A DNA stretch of 61,640 bases, the filler included, from Dugesia japonica (lineage: Eukaryota), in assembly GCA_001938525.1 (NCBI GenBank). It is 6 parts of 6 records of this genome, joined end to end, with 100 filler letters (N's around TTAATTAATTAA, not from the genome) between each part and the next. Parts side by side here need not be neighbours in the genome. Positions count along the whole stretch, not along the records: positions 9,645 to 18,861 come from MQRL01554612.1; positions 18,962 to 27,405 come from MQRL01633800.1; 4 more parts are not named here. One strand, given 5' to 3'. This document shows positions 13,701 to 25,700 of this stretch, in pieces (within the stretch, counting starts at the first letter, position 1; the number at the start of each line of letters is the position of its first letter). The notes beneath the pieces were generated by a model. That model did not search any database and had not been told where the DNA came from. It worked only from the letters and a program-made list of their open reading frames with translations. Position numbers and translations under genes: made by a program.

Positions 13701-15349
13701 CTTATGTGAAACATCATTTCCCCAGCTTTTATATCCTTTTTAAAAATTCTATTTTTTACATGAGATTCTATCGATGATATATTGCCTGGTTGATTCTTTT
13801 TGCTTGATGTAATTGTATGTTTCTCATAGTTCTTTCGTTGAAAATATTACCTCTTCAAATTTCCAGATATGAGTATAATATGAAAAATCGTTTTGTTTGC
13901 CTACCTCTGCACTCCTATATAATTTGTTGTTCCATTTCCATTGCGAGTTGTTTTCCACGTAGTATATCAACAGGTTATGATGATTATGGTACATTCCTGG
14001 TGTCTTATGATAATTTCATTGTATTTCTTCCCGGCTGAGCGGTTTTTATTCTAATAAATGGAACTACATTATTCGTCCTTCAATTGGTTGTCGATTTATC
14101 AANNNNNNNNNNNNNNNNNNNNNNNNNNNNNNNNNNNNNATTATGGTATTGTTTGGCTTGACTGAATAGTGGTACTAATATTACTTTATTTTTTGCAATT
14201 TCTTTCCGATAAACTATTGTCTTATTTCATTTGTATCTGCTATTGGTTCTGGTCCTTGTTACTCGGTTTTGTCTGTGTATTCCATAACCATTTGTTTGTT
14301 TACCCAACAATCTTGTCCCTTTATCTTACCCAAGCATGTTGGTAATATAATTATCAAATTATGTAATATTTATTGGTCGTGATGACGCATGATTCTTGAC
14401 AGTTCCATTGCTTGAGTTGACACTAGCAACAGTAGTATTATTATTTGAATGTCTTCATAAATTGTTATAAGTAGGAATTTTTTTTCCACAATTATCTTAA
14501 TTTATTTCACCACTAAGCAAGAGAAGAGACTTTTTCCCATTCCTTATTGTTATCCTCATGAATTCTAATATACTTATTCCGTTGGTGTCCTGTTTATTTT
14601 CGTCTTATTTTTGATTTTTTCACTTCGTGTTATTATCGCATGGACTATCTGCTCCTAGTTTTCTCTAAATCTGCCTATTAATTTCTTAGTCATTTTCCAG
14701 AAATTTTTGTTTATCTGTTCTTCCTTATTAATTTTNCTTTGTTATAACCTCTTTGTCTAGGTCATATTTATTTGGTACTTTTTTGCCTGATTATGGTGCA
14801 GATTTCTAAAAATTTAATTCCTATCTTGTTTTCCACCACTTGTCTTTTTGACATTCAGTGTCCTTTCTGAATTCTTTCCGTTGTAGATAACATTCGAAAA
14901 TTTCTTCATTTCCTCATAAGATTAGGATTTGCGGTTTCAGGAATTCTTTTATCCGTTTTTAACTGGACTAACGTTCGATAAAATGCTTCAATATTTTGTT
15001 GACTCGAATTTCAAAATCAGAGTATTCATTCTACAAAGAATTTTATGCTGATCAACACTAACATGGTTAAAATCGCCAAAACTTATCCACGGACAAATAA
15101 ATGGGAAAAATTACTTAATATTTGTTGCTCTCCCGGATAATTACTTGATTCTCCGATGAAAATTAATATTGGTTGCTTTGCCAAGGAAGATTAAAATTCA
15201 AAGTCAACACACAAAGTCATCATATGAAATTGAAATTCATAACATTGCTATAATTCAAATTTGAATTAACAGCAAATATACAATTTTATCTAAAAGCGCA
15301 TATTGGAAATATGATTAAATTCATTTTTCTTTAAGTATGTCTACAAGAA

Positions 15350-15670
15350 TCATGAGGCCCATCCAAGATTAACCTTAACAAAAAAACACCAGGATCGAAT
15401 TGAAAAGATTACAAAGAGAAGTAAAGGAGCTCAAAGATACGATGGGAATTAACGAAAGTAAGATAACGATAGACCCAGTGTAAACTGCCAAAGAGAGCTC
15501 ACACTTATCATGAATAGCAGAATGCTCGCCAAAATCGTCAAGTCCTATGCTGACAGTGAAGTTGCCTTGCTAGTGAACGTGAAAACTCTATGGACGGAAT
15601 ATCGAATGAAAAAGAGCACGAATTCAGACTGTAGGATAACGAAAGAGATGATTTTAGGATCTCCGTGAAA
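15350..15670 (+). pseudogene. Decayed paralogue of the coiled-coil gene at 24293-24616
   Basis: RELTLIMNSRMLAKIVKSYADSEVALLVNVKTLWTEYRM aligns by eye with KELSLQQANRLMTDVIKTYANREISMFATLRTLWLNYRL. Confidence 0.6.
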
Positions 15671-16119
15671 TGTGTGATGTGTCATTATAAATAAACATGT
15701 ATTTAACGTTTGTGAATTCGACTTAATTACATCAGCTAGTAAAATAATGAAAATAAAGAAGAATCTTTTTGAATTAACAGAATCTAATGAAATCTAAGCA
15801 GTACAAACATCCATCAATCGGGATACAACATAGTCCTGCATGGATTAAGGAGTAGAGGATTGACTCGCGAAGTGTCGACAAATTTCTACCAGCATCGGAG
15901 TATCTACCCTTAGAAGACATAAACTGATTGTAAGGATGAATTAGACCAGGAACCGAAAAAACAAAATGATATAAAAAACCTCGAGGCTCAACAATAGGAA
16001 TTATTATTATTAATAAGTATTAAGGTTGTAAGAATTATTCATAGATTTAAATATCTGAGAAATCTTTCTTTAATTTTTAGATATATAATATTAAATTTAT
16101 TTTTAAAACATATCTAAAA

Positions 16120-16350
16120 TAAAATATTTCATAAAATTAAATCGACATTTTTAATTTATTTTATGAAAGTATTATGTAAATTAGAATATTTCATAAGATT
16201 AAAAAATCGATATTTTTCAAATATTTTATTAAATTTTTATGTAAAATGAAATATTTCATAAAATTAAAATGTCGATATTTTTTATTTTATGAAATTTTTA
16301 TGTAAAGTAGGATATTTCATAAAATGAAAATTCGATATTTTTTAATTATT
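16120..16350. repeat. AT-rich tandem repeat, about 60-65-bp unit, about 4 copies
   Basis: Recurring ATATTTCATAAAATTAAA..TCGATATTTTT...TATGTAAA. Confidence 0.7.
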
Positions 16351-16546
16351 TTGTTNNAAATTTTCTCAGATTATTTGTTTGAATACTATGAATTATTCTT
16401 GATATTATTTTTATTTTAATCAAAAACACTTGTAATAATAAATACAATTTATGGAGAGTTGTGAGGTTTTGAATTTAACTAATAAAAGTTATTATTTATT
16501 CTTATATTTTCATTTAGAAGTTTAAACCTTCTTTTAATAATTATTC

Positions 16547-17655
16547 ATGTCATTGCCAAAGAAGAGAAGGATTATAGATGAAAAATAGGAAAATCTAAAT
16601 TTTGTGACAATTTCTGTAATACAATGTCTATTTTGTATGCGGTGCATTTCTGTTTTAAAAGAATAACATTTACACAGGCACTATGATGCCGTGCACAAAG
16701 AGCAGTATGGAACAATCACTGAAAAAATCTGCGATGAAAATGTTCGACATCTAAAGGCATCAATTGGAAAGCAACGAAACCTTTTCAAGAATATGGGCAA
16801 ATCTAGCGAAGAATCGTTAAGAGCAACCTTTTTCATCAGTGAGATGATAACAGAATTGTCACTATCATTCACTGAAGGAAAACAAGATTATTTTCTGAAA
16901 GCCAGTAAAATTATTTCTCATTATAAAAGAAAGTTGTTTCATTGGATAGGTTAGTCTGCAAATACTGTTACCAGTAGAATTGCCGAATTAGTCAATAGTG
17001 TTTATCAGCAACTGATTCATATTGCAAAAAGATTTGACATATAGTCAATTGCTCTTGATGAAAGTACATGCATAACCGATACCTCTCACTGGGCAGTATT
17101 GATTTGAGGAGTTGATAAAGCTCTAAATGTAACAGAAGAATTTCCTAACTCTTCTTCAAAGGCACAACAACACGGTGTGACATCTTCCATGAAAAATAAA
17201 TATGCTTTGATAATTCGGGATTAACTTGGGATAAACTTGTGTCTGTAGCAACTGATGGAGTTGTTGAATAAATGATAGAGAAACTGGAACATATTAATGT
17301 GACAGGCACTTTGACAACAGTACATTTCATAATTCATAAAGAAGTACTATATTGAAAATGTTTAAATATGGATGAAGTTATGGACGTTCTCAGTCACAGA
17401 CAATTAAATTACTTTCTGTCTACCTTAGACAGTGAGTATAGTGAATTACTGTATCACACTGAAGTTAGATAGTTAGTAGGGGAAATGATCTGAATAGGTA
17501 TTTTGCTTTGAGACAAGACATAGCGCTCTTCATGGTAATGAAGGACAGAGATGTTCCTTAGCTTGCTCACTCAGCATTTATATCTCGTTTAGCGTTTTTA
17601 ACCGATATTACATTGCACCTGAACGAACTGAATTTCAAATGCAAGCTCTTGCTAT
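16547..17655 (+). mobile_element. hAT transposase remnant (Buster group; SPIN/GTF2IRD2-like)
   Basis: MSLPKKRRI, CLFC...HLHRHY...H zinc finger, LSANTVTSRIAEL, SIALDEST..TDTS, KGTTT, LTWDKLVSVATDG, LLYHTEVR, LAFLTDIT.HLNELN. Many stops. Confidence 0.9.
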
Positions 17656-17679
17656 GAGAAAACCAGCTTGGTTCACACT

Positions 17680-17995
17680 GATTTACTATAACGATTGGTA
17701 TACTGTATTACATTAGTTTTCTGTACTCATTTGTTTACTATACTCACTAGCTTTATTTTGTCTACTTGTTTATTGTATCACATTGATTTCTGTAATCATT
17801 GGCGTTACTATGTTCAATTATTTACTGTAATAGATTAGCATTTCTGTATCCATTTGCTTACTATATTCATTGACTCTACTGTGCCCATTAGTTTACTGTA
17901 ACACACATCGGTTTTCTGAATTTATTGGTTTATTGTGCCAATTGGTTTACTATATAACTGGATTTACTGTATCACGCTGGCTTACTGTGTCCATT
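17680..17995. repeat. Degenerate minisatellite
   Basis: Repeated (T)GGTTTACTGTA(T/C)NCAT-like units of about 17-20 nt. Confidence 0.65.
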
Positions 17996-18439
17996 TGTTA
18001 ATGAATTAACTTAGTGGCTTGACGAAATTGTTATATAACTTAATAAATAACTATGCTAATTGATTTTCATGGATTTAGTGGCAGAATAAAATTAATTATG
18101 ATAGTAGACTATAAATTCATTTTGACCCTCAGTAAACACTAGACTTAGCTTAGTGTTTATTTTAATGAAAATAGTCACTATTAGTTATACATTTATGGCT
18201 AATGGAGAAAATTAAGTATATTCAATAGATTAAGTGACTGTATTGATTGACTTGAACAATTAGATCAAGATATACAAGATTTAAGTAGAATACAGGAATG
18301 AATTGAATGTATCAGTTCAATATGTTTAAAGGGTTCATAGAATGTACTAGGTTTATTGATTGCATTGAATTCATTTGGTTAATTATTGTATTTGGTTTAA
18401 TGATTTGTATATGTCTAGATCAGCGTTTCCCAATTTTTT

Positions 18440-18861
18440 TTCATGGTTTTTTTGGTTTTTGATAATAATTCTATATTTCGACTTTGTCTTCTTCAGGAAT
18501 TGACTTTTTGATTCATTCAATATTTATTTTTAACTTTCTTTGAATTAATTTATCTTTACTAAGTTTTAATTGGTAAATTTTAATTTTTAAAACTTTTAAT
18601 TTAATTATTTAATTATTATAAATCACATTGATTTAAGGATTGTTTTCTTTATTTAGTAATTCTTCATGTTTTTTTCTATGAAGTGTAAAAATGTAGCCTG
18701 TTCCCAGTGTTTTCCATTTTAAGTGATATTGTTCTGGTGAAATTTTATGTTTGTGTTGAAAGTGTTTGAAGACTTCACTTTCTTTTGGTTTCGGATGTTC
18801 CTTAATTCTTGTTCGGATGGTTCTGCATGTTTCACCTATATATGTTTCTTGACAAATGGTG
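18440..18861 (-). mobile_element. 3' end of a Penelope-like retroelement (GIY-YIG endonuclease C-terminus plus pLTR)
   Basis: Minus-strand translation TICQETYIGETCRTIRTRIKEH..KESEVFKHF, followed by a hammerhead-containing tail. Related fragments lie near 24655-24900, 27835-27960, 30110-30450, 35020-35360 and 36120-36290. Confidence 0.85.
18467..18501 (-). ncRNA. Minimal type I hammerhead ribozyme (Penelope-associated)
   Basis: AATTC-CTGAAGA-A-GAC aaa GTC-GAA-ATAT-A-GAATT: stem I AATTC/GAATT, CUGANGA and GAAA boxes, palindromic stem III, AUA triplet. Confidence 0.75.
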
Positions 18862-21333
18862 NNNNNNNNNNNNNNNNNNNNNNNNNNNNNNNNNNNNNNN
18901 NNNNNTTAATTAATTAANNNNNNNNNNNNNNNNNNNNNNNNNNNNNNNNNNNNNNNNNNNNGCTAAAAAACAGTTTTCTAGCAATATCTCTGCTCCAATT
19001 AATCCTGAAATTAAGGGGTAAGAAAAACTGTAAAGGATATGTATCAGGCTATCCGATTTTTGACATTAGAAAATGATGCCATCATCCAGTGGGTCGTCAC
19101 GAAGATTTTAAGATCGATCCAATAGTATCCTAGAATTAAAAAATAAGATAAAGAACAAAAACTCACCTGATGATCCAAAAATAGCTGCCAACAGAATTAC
19201 AGAAAAATCTGCAAAATTCCAGAACAGTAACACCACCACTAATAGAAATGGGTAATTTCAAATTAAAAATAATCAACCAACAAAAACGAAGTCGGGTTGC
19301 ATTGAAAAAACATATAAAAGACAACCGAATTTTGGTGATAAAAACAACATTTTTACTACGTTTTGCTTGTAATATTGCATCATATCATATAAAAGAAAAA
19401 GAAAACCAAACTCCTTACGGAAAATTATTTAATCTAGTACGGTAAGATCACCATTTTTACTCAACGAATTCTACTCATTTGAAATTCTAGAGAAGAAATA
19501 TTCTACTAATTACGGAAGAAGACTGGATAGGAGAAATAACCAGCTACGTGTAATTGAAACTTTTTCGCATTTTCTTATTTAAATCCTACCGTTGCAGAAA
19601 TTCTTAGCTTGCTAGTAAGTATTGTTTTGTTATTTTACGTTGTTAAATGATTATGTATTACAATAACAATAAATCTGTCTATGGTTTAATTTATGCGATG
19701 TGGTATTAAAATAAAATTAATTAATTAATTGTACTCAAGACGAATACATCAAATAAACAACTTTATACATTCCAATAAATTAAAATTGACNNNNNNNNNN
19801 NNNNNNNNNNNNNNNNNNNNNNNNNNNNNNNNNNNNNNNNNNNNNNNNNNNNNNNNNNNNNNNNNNNNNNNNNNNNNNNNNNNNNNNNNNNNNNNNNNNN
19901 NNNNNNNNNNNNNNNTCTCCTTGTGTGCATTAATCTGGAGAAAGTAGTCACAGTAAAAGTAGCTAATGTTCATTGACCCCCCATTGGCATACAGGTGAAT
20001 CAATTTGGAATGAATGAGTCAGCCTAGGGTGTGTGTACATTTTAACCGCATGCTAATCTATAATTAGATCAATAATACGCGAGTCAGGACAAATTGTAAA
20101 ATTCACATAATGATTTCTCCAACTGTCTGGAATAATTCGATACTGTTATGATATTTGGAAATTGTACTACCATCCTATGGATATTTCAAGACACATTTAC
20201 CAAACAGTTAATTATCTAAGAAAATTTCGGATATTGAATCGTCACAAATCAGCAATTATCAGACTGTCTAGTGCAGAAAGCGGTACAACTCCTCCAAACA
20301 TGCTATTTAATCCCGACAACCCGATTTAGGATGGACTAACTTATGATCTCTACTCTAGCAGTGTGAATCGGAAATATTTACTTACAGTTATATCGAACGG
20401 GCATCGTGCCGTTACCAACAGGAAAGTCTTGTGATTTTGTTTCCTTCTATCCACTGCATCAAATTTAGTGTTTCCGTCGATTATGTAAACAGCAAGTGTT
20501 CTCGAATCAAACGTCGTTTTTGTAACAATATAATTGTTTTAATCATTATTGATATCATAATTCCTTTGATTCGCTGATAATGCTATGAGTATATTTTTTA
20601 TGAGTGTTATAATCAAGATCTGTTTTTCTTACCATTAAAAAATGCAGCAACCTTATGTTGGGTTTTAATTTTCTTTTAAGGTTTAACTGATAATTACCAG
20701 GTAACGACGAATCATAGGTTTATTATCATTACGNNNNNNNNNNNNNNNNNNNNNNNNNNNNNNNNNNNNNNNNNNNNNNNNNNNNNNNNNNNNNNNNNNN
20801 NNNNNNNNNNNNNNNNNNNNNNNNNNNNNNNNNNNNNNNNNNNNNNNNNNNNNNNNNNNNNNNNNNNNNNNNNNNNNNNNNNNNNNNNNNNNNNNNNNNN
20901 NNNNNNNNNNNNNNNNNNNNNNNNNNNNNNNNNNTACTACCAATGCAATTGTTATTATACTTGTTATTAGCTATCGATATTTCCTATCATAATTGCCAAC
21001 TATTGTTATTATTAGCATTATAGTTCTCCGGATTGATTTAAGTATTGTTATTAACTGTGTTAATTATCATCAAGAGTCAATACTGTGAAGCGAATTACGA
21101 TTATCGTCAATATTCCTGCATATCGCTAATTCTTAATAAAGATATTCTCACTGTCAACAATTTTGCTATACCATGTAGCAACTCCAACGCTGGGTAATAC
21201 ATTGCAGTAAGTAAGGCTCACTCCTAAGGAAGTATGACCGTTCGTTTTATTTTTTTTAAACTGAACTTAGCTATAAATCGATAAGCCCATAATTATGTGG
21301 AGTAAACCCAAGTTTAATTTCGTATTATTTAGA

Positions 21334-24300
21334 ATATGCCGAGTGAATTAAGGAAGGTCCTGAGGATCATCCCGAAGCGGTGAGAGCGTACGCGTCTCCG
21401 ACAGCTTATAGGCCACTCTTTATTTCCTGAGTTAATAGAACACCCCGACGAAACTGATCTACAATCTTTCGTCGAGCTATTCCCGTTGTCAACGAACATT
21501 CATACAGAGGAGGAAACGCATTCGTTTTGATAAAATTTTATAATCGAAATAAAACGTAGACTTGTTCAATCGTTAACTTAAAATTTTATAAATGATTATA
21601 TTAACCTTTTGGATTGAAGTCAAATTTCTATTGCAGAATGGAGTCCATATGGGAACGGGTAATTGATCAAAGAACCCGCCATATAATTTTTAGGGGCCAC
21701 CATAACCCTCACAATCGTGATGTGGGCATCTTGGTGGATCATTCGAATTTACCACCCGTGGAAGCCACCGTCTCTCGATTACGTGACTTCGGCGAGCGGC
21801 TTAATTATCAACAGTGGAATGGGCCAGTGCGTACTCACGCCACGCCTTTTAATTACCAACCTCCGGCCCCAACCCCAATCGTGCAAGCCTTTATCACAAA
21901 TTTACTCTGGGTGTTCCGGAACCCACCGGGGTTGAAGACTCTGAAAACACGGCTCCCGTGTCTGACGTAACCACTAACTAATAGTGTTTCTATTATTTGA
22001 TGTTTAATCTAATAAATAAATACGTGTCTCTAGTTAGTAATAATCGGTTTCACTCTTGTCATTATTTTAATAAAGGAAAATTTCTTGTAAGGTTAATAAG
22101 ATTTTCTTTTTTTTTGTACTTCAGTAATTTCAATGATGAGACCTTTAGTAAATAATCTCTATTTTGCAGTGCATTTCTCTCTGAATCGTCCTTCCACTCC
22201 TACTAAGAAGATAAGAGACACCAGCGAGGACCAAGAAATCACTTGGGACCTCTATCGCCTGGCAAAGTGACGCTGGGAGTCCGAGATAGCCNNCGCCAAA
22301 AGTAAGGTGAGCCGGTATAAAAGAAAATGTCTAGCCTTTAAGGCAGAAGCGGAAGGTTCACACAAACAGGAAAGAGTCTGGAAGGCTCAATTGGAATCTT
22401 TCACGGAGATTATTCGGTCCTACCAAGACCCAGAGAATAAACTGGTCCAGGATATTCACAAGTTGAAAACTGCAATGCCCCTCGAACCATTGATGGTCGA
22501 CAAGGGTACTCAGGCTCCGAGGGCTTAATATCTGCCATTGCATAAATAAATGTTCTGATATTAAAATTTATATTATTTCTATTGTTTTGCTTAGTTAATT
22601 GGCCTATTTGTCACCGAACGAATAAACTAATGTTATATCTTGTTAAGTGTCGCGAATCACGTTCCCAAACAGGGTAAGAAGATATCACCGAATTATGCGA
22701 CGACTCTTAGTCGAGCGACAACTTAAGCGAAAAACCGACCAAGCACTTCTGAAACACCTTAATCAGAGAGATCGATTAATAAAAAGGCTGGACTTAATAG
22801 TCAAACGACAGAGCAGTTTGGCCGAGCAAACTAAGGCCCTTGCCCAAGTAACCCATTTACTATTGCAGCGCAAGATCGATTTTTTAAAACAATATATTGC
22901 AGATCTCTCCCGTCAGTTAGGAAACCCTACATGGGTCCAATGGGATGACAATGACGATTCGGCGTCATTCAATTTCTTATCAACCGATCCAGTCAATGGT
23001 TAGATCCGGGGGCATTGGATCTGATGTAATTATTATATAAAATAAAATGTCTAGTTTAACTTTTTCTCACCTTTAATAAATTCGTGGTAATAGGGAAAAT
23101 AGCGAACCCAAATCCAAAGGCTTGTGGGCGCGCACCTCCCATTAAGCGAGAGGTCAACCACCATAAGCTGAATAACTAACCTAGGGGCGTTAGGTTAAAT
23201 TCTTGAAAGGGTCCCCTGAGGGCTGTTCTTCCCCAGCCAAATTTTTCTTCATCCTACTCGGGTGGAACCCCAACACTGATGTAAATCGAAATAATTTCAT
23301 AATTAGATAATTTAATGATTTTAACAAATTTTAATAATTGAATCTTTAATAATTGAATAATAAGGACATCTTCTGAGAGTTCCGGATGATGGAGGACGAG
23401 AAAAGGACGAGTTTCCAGTTGCCATCTTCTCTGGAATGCGGACGAATCTATATTAGGCCACAGGCCGAAGAAACGGAACGGATTATAATCTCTATTTTTA
23501 TGTATTTAAATTATGTTTATTGATTGAATCGGAGAAAATATGTAATTTTATATAATCAGAAATATGACCGAATATTATCGACCAGATATCCCTCTCGTGT
23601 TGACCAAGGAAGATGAGGTGGGAACATTTTGGATTCCATGGAGATGCGCAGTGGAGCTGCTGAACGAACAAAGAGCCAAGTATGAGAAAGAAAAGACTGG
23701 CTCGNTATGCAAAGGCGGGAGATTAGTGGAAAGATTCCGGAGTATAANACAACAACTGATCGATGCTCAGGCTGCTCAGCAGCTCTCCCAACAGGAGAAT
23801 GTGGAGCTCCATCGAGGAATGAATCTAATTAAAGAAAATACAGCCAAATTAATTGAGCCGAGTCTTGTTGGGTCAATTCGAGGATCAGGTTCTGTTGCTG
23901 GCACCCGAGGATGTCGCAGGGCCGGAAAGTCATCAGCTTCTTATTATAGTGAAATGGGAGTCTCTATCGGGAAATAGCGAATAAATGTTGAGTGTGTCGG
24001 AATTTTGTTTTTATTTTTGCGTTCAAAGTTAATGAAATACCAATTTAAAGTGATATGTACATCACGTTATTGTTTTCGATGGTGGGCTACAGAGGCGGCA
24101 AATATTAAGTTGTTAATGAGTAGAGTTTTGATCTCGTTGTTCTTCTATTTTTATTTTTTTTTTAAAAAAACTGAGTGGAAATGAAAAGAGAAAACCTCGA
24201 GTGAAAGTTACATGGGAATTAAATATCATTATTGGTAAAGATGAAATTCTTATTTGATTTATAAAATGTTTGAAAATCGATTGTCAATTTTAGTGTCGAA

Positions 24301-24616
24301 AATTAATGAGGATCAGATAAAAAACAAGGAATTGGCCGCATGACAGAAACGATGGGCTGAAGAACGTCGCGAGCTACGGAACGAAATCCTGAAGCTGAAG
24401 GAGCAGGTGATGAAGTCATCGGCTAAGTTTACCCAAATTAAAGAAAAGGAGTTGTCCCTTCAGCAAGCTAACCGGCTTATGACAGACGTAATTAAGACGT
24501 ACGCCAATCGGGAGATTTCTATGTTCGCCACCTTACGAACACTATGGCTGAATTATAGACTCGTGCCTGAGGATTCGAGCGAGCCTAACAACACCGTGTA
24601 TTTAGACGCAGAATAG
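21334..24616 (+). other. Cluster of about 5 small, GC-richer, co-oriented unknown genes or pseudogenes
   Basis: ORFs 21614-21970, 22307-22528, 22647-23003, 23564-23977 and 24407-24616. The first four are closely followed by AATAAA, and several look coiled-coil. Confidence 0.45.
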
Positions 24617-24795
24617 TCAATGGGAAAAAGAAAAACTTGTAAATATTTAAATGAAAGTAATTGATATCAATATGGTTTTACCATTGCAATTATTGCGAGA
24701 ATAATTGTTGGAAATAACCATTGATCGTTTTACAGAATTCATTTAAAATAAAAGCTTCGATCAAAATTCTTGTTTTTTTATTGATATTTGATAAC

Positions 24796-24830
24796 AATTT
24801 GTTATTTCGACCTTGTCTTCGTCAGGAATT
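24796..24830 (-). ncRNA. Hammerhead ribozyme copy, slightly degenerate
   Basis: Minus strand reads AATTC-CTGACGA-AGACAAGGTC-GAAA-TAAC-AAATT. Confidence 0.6.
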
Positions 24831-24859
24831 AACTTTTAAAAAAATTGACTTTAAAAGTC

Positions 24860-24894
24860 AATTCCTGACGAAGACAAGGTCGAAATATCGAATT
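24860..24894 (+). ncRNA. Minimal type I hammerhead ribozyme
   Basis: AATTC-CTGACGA-A-GAC aag GTC-GAA-ATAT-C-GAATT, with an AUC cleavage triplet and intact stems I and II. Confidence 0.8.
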
Positions 24895-25443
24895 TAATGA
24901 ATCAATATGGTTGTGTTGAATTATGATGGTGTTTGATATAGTAAAATCATAATGTTATCATAAGTAAAGTCGACGATACAGTAAATTGTTAAAATGGAAA
25001 TCGAGTTACATAAAGAGTGAAACAGATTTTTGTTTAAAATAAAATCCTAAAAACCCAACAGATTTAAAATATCAAGATTTAATTTATAACTAAATTGTTG
25101 ATTAAGTTGCATAAGTTTTAGCTCAAAAATCTGTGTTGAGTTGGCGTTGTTCAAATTAAAAATACTGAATAAAATATCTCCTGGGGCAATTGCAAAAGAT
25201 CTAATCATAAATTTGAGTTAATAAGTTATGGAGCTCCCAAAGTTTTAGGTCGAGTTGTTAAGGATTCCAAGAGTTTCGCCGGGTGCAATAAATTACATCA
25301 ATAGAATCAACACTCAGATGCAACAGGAATTGTAATATTAGAGAATGAAGACAACGAACAATAAACGGGTTAATTTTATGTGATCAATTTTTAGGAAACA
25401 AACATCAAAACGCATGAATTTATCAATTAAGTGAAGCACTTAC

Positions 25444-25700
25444 TCGTATTTCAAATTTAACAACTCTATTTGATTTGATAAATTTTCATTTTCATTTTCT
25501 AATTTATTAATTTTTTCCAAATCAATCTTTATTAATTTATCTTTATGATCAATAAATTTACGAAAATCTAAAATTTCTTCTTTCAATATATCGATTGAAA
25601 CTTTTTGTTTAGCTATTATCTCTTGTAAAGCATTTTTATCTTTTTTTAATAACTTAATTGTTTCCTCAAATGTTTCATTTTCAATTGTTTTTTCTATTAC
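25444..25700 (-). CDS. Probable host exon of a coiled-coil protein
   Basis: Acceptor (ttcag), a stop-free 257-nt frame VIEKTIENETFEETIKLL...LSNQIELLNLKY, and a GTAAGT donor. Confidence 0.5.

Noticed and set aside
13650-14900. Purine-rich minus strand suggestive of a decayed retroelement or env-like ORF
   Set aside because: Heavily interrupted, with no diagnostic motif recovered.
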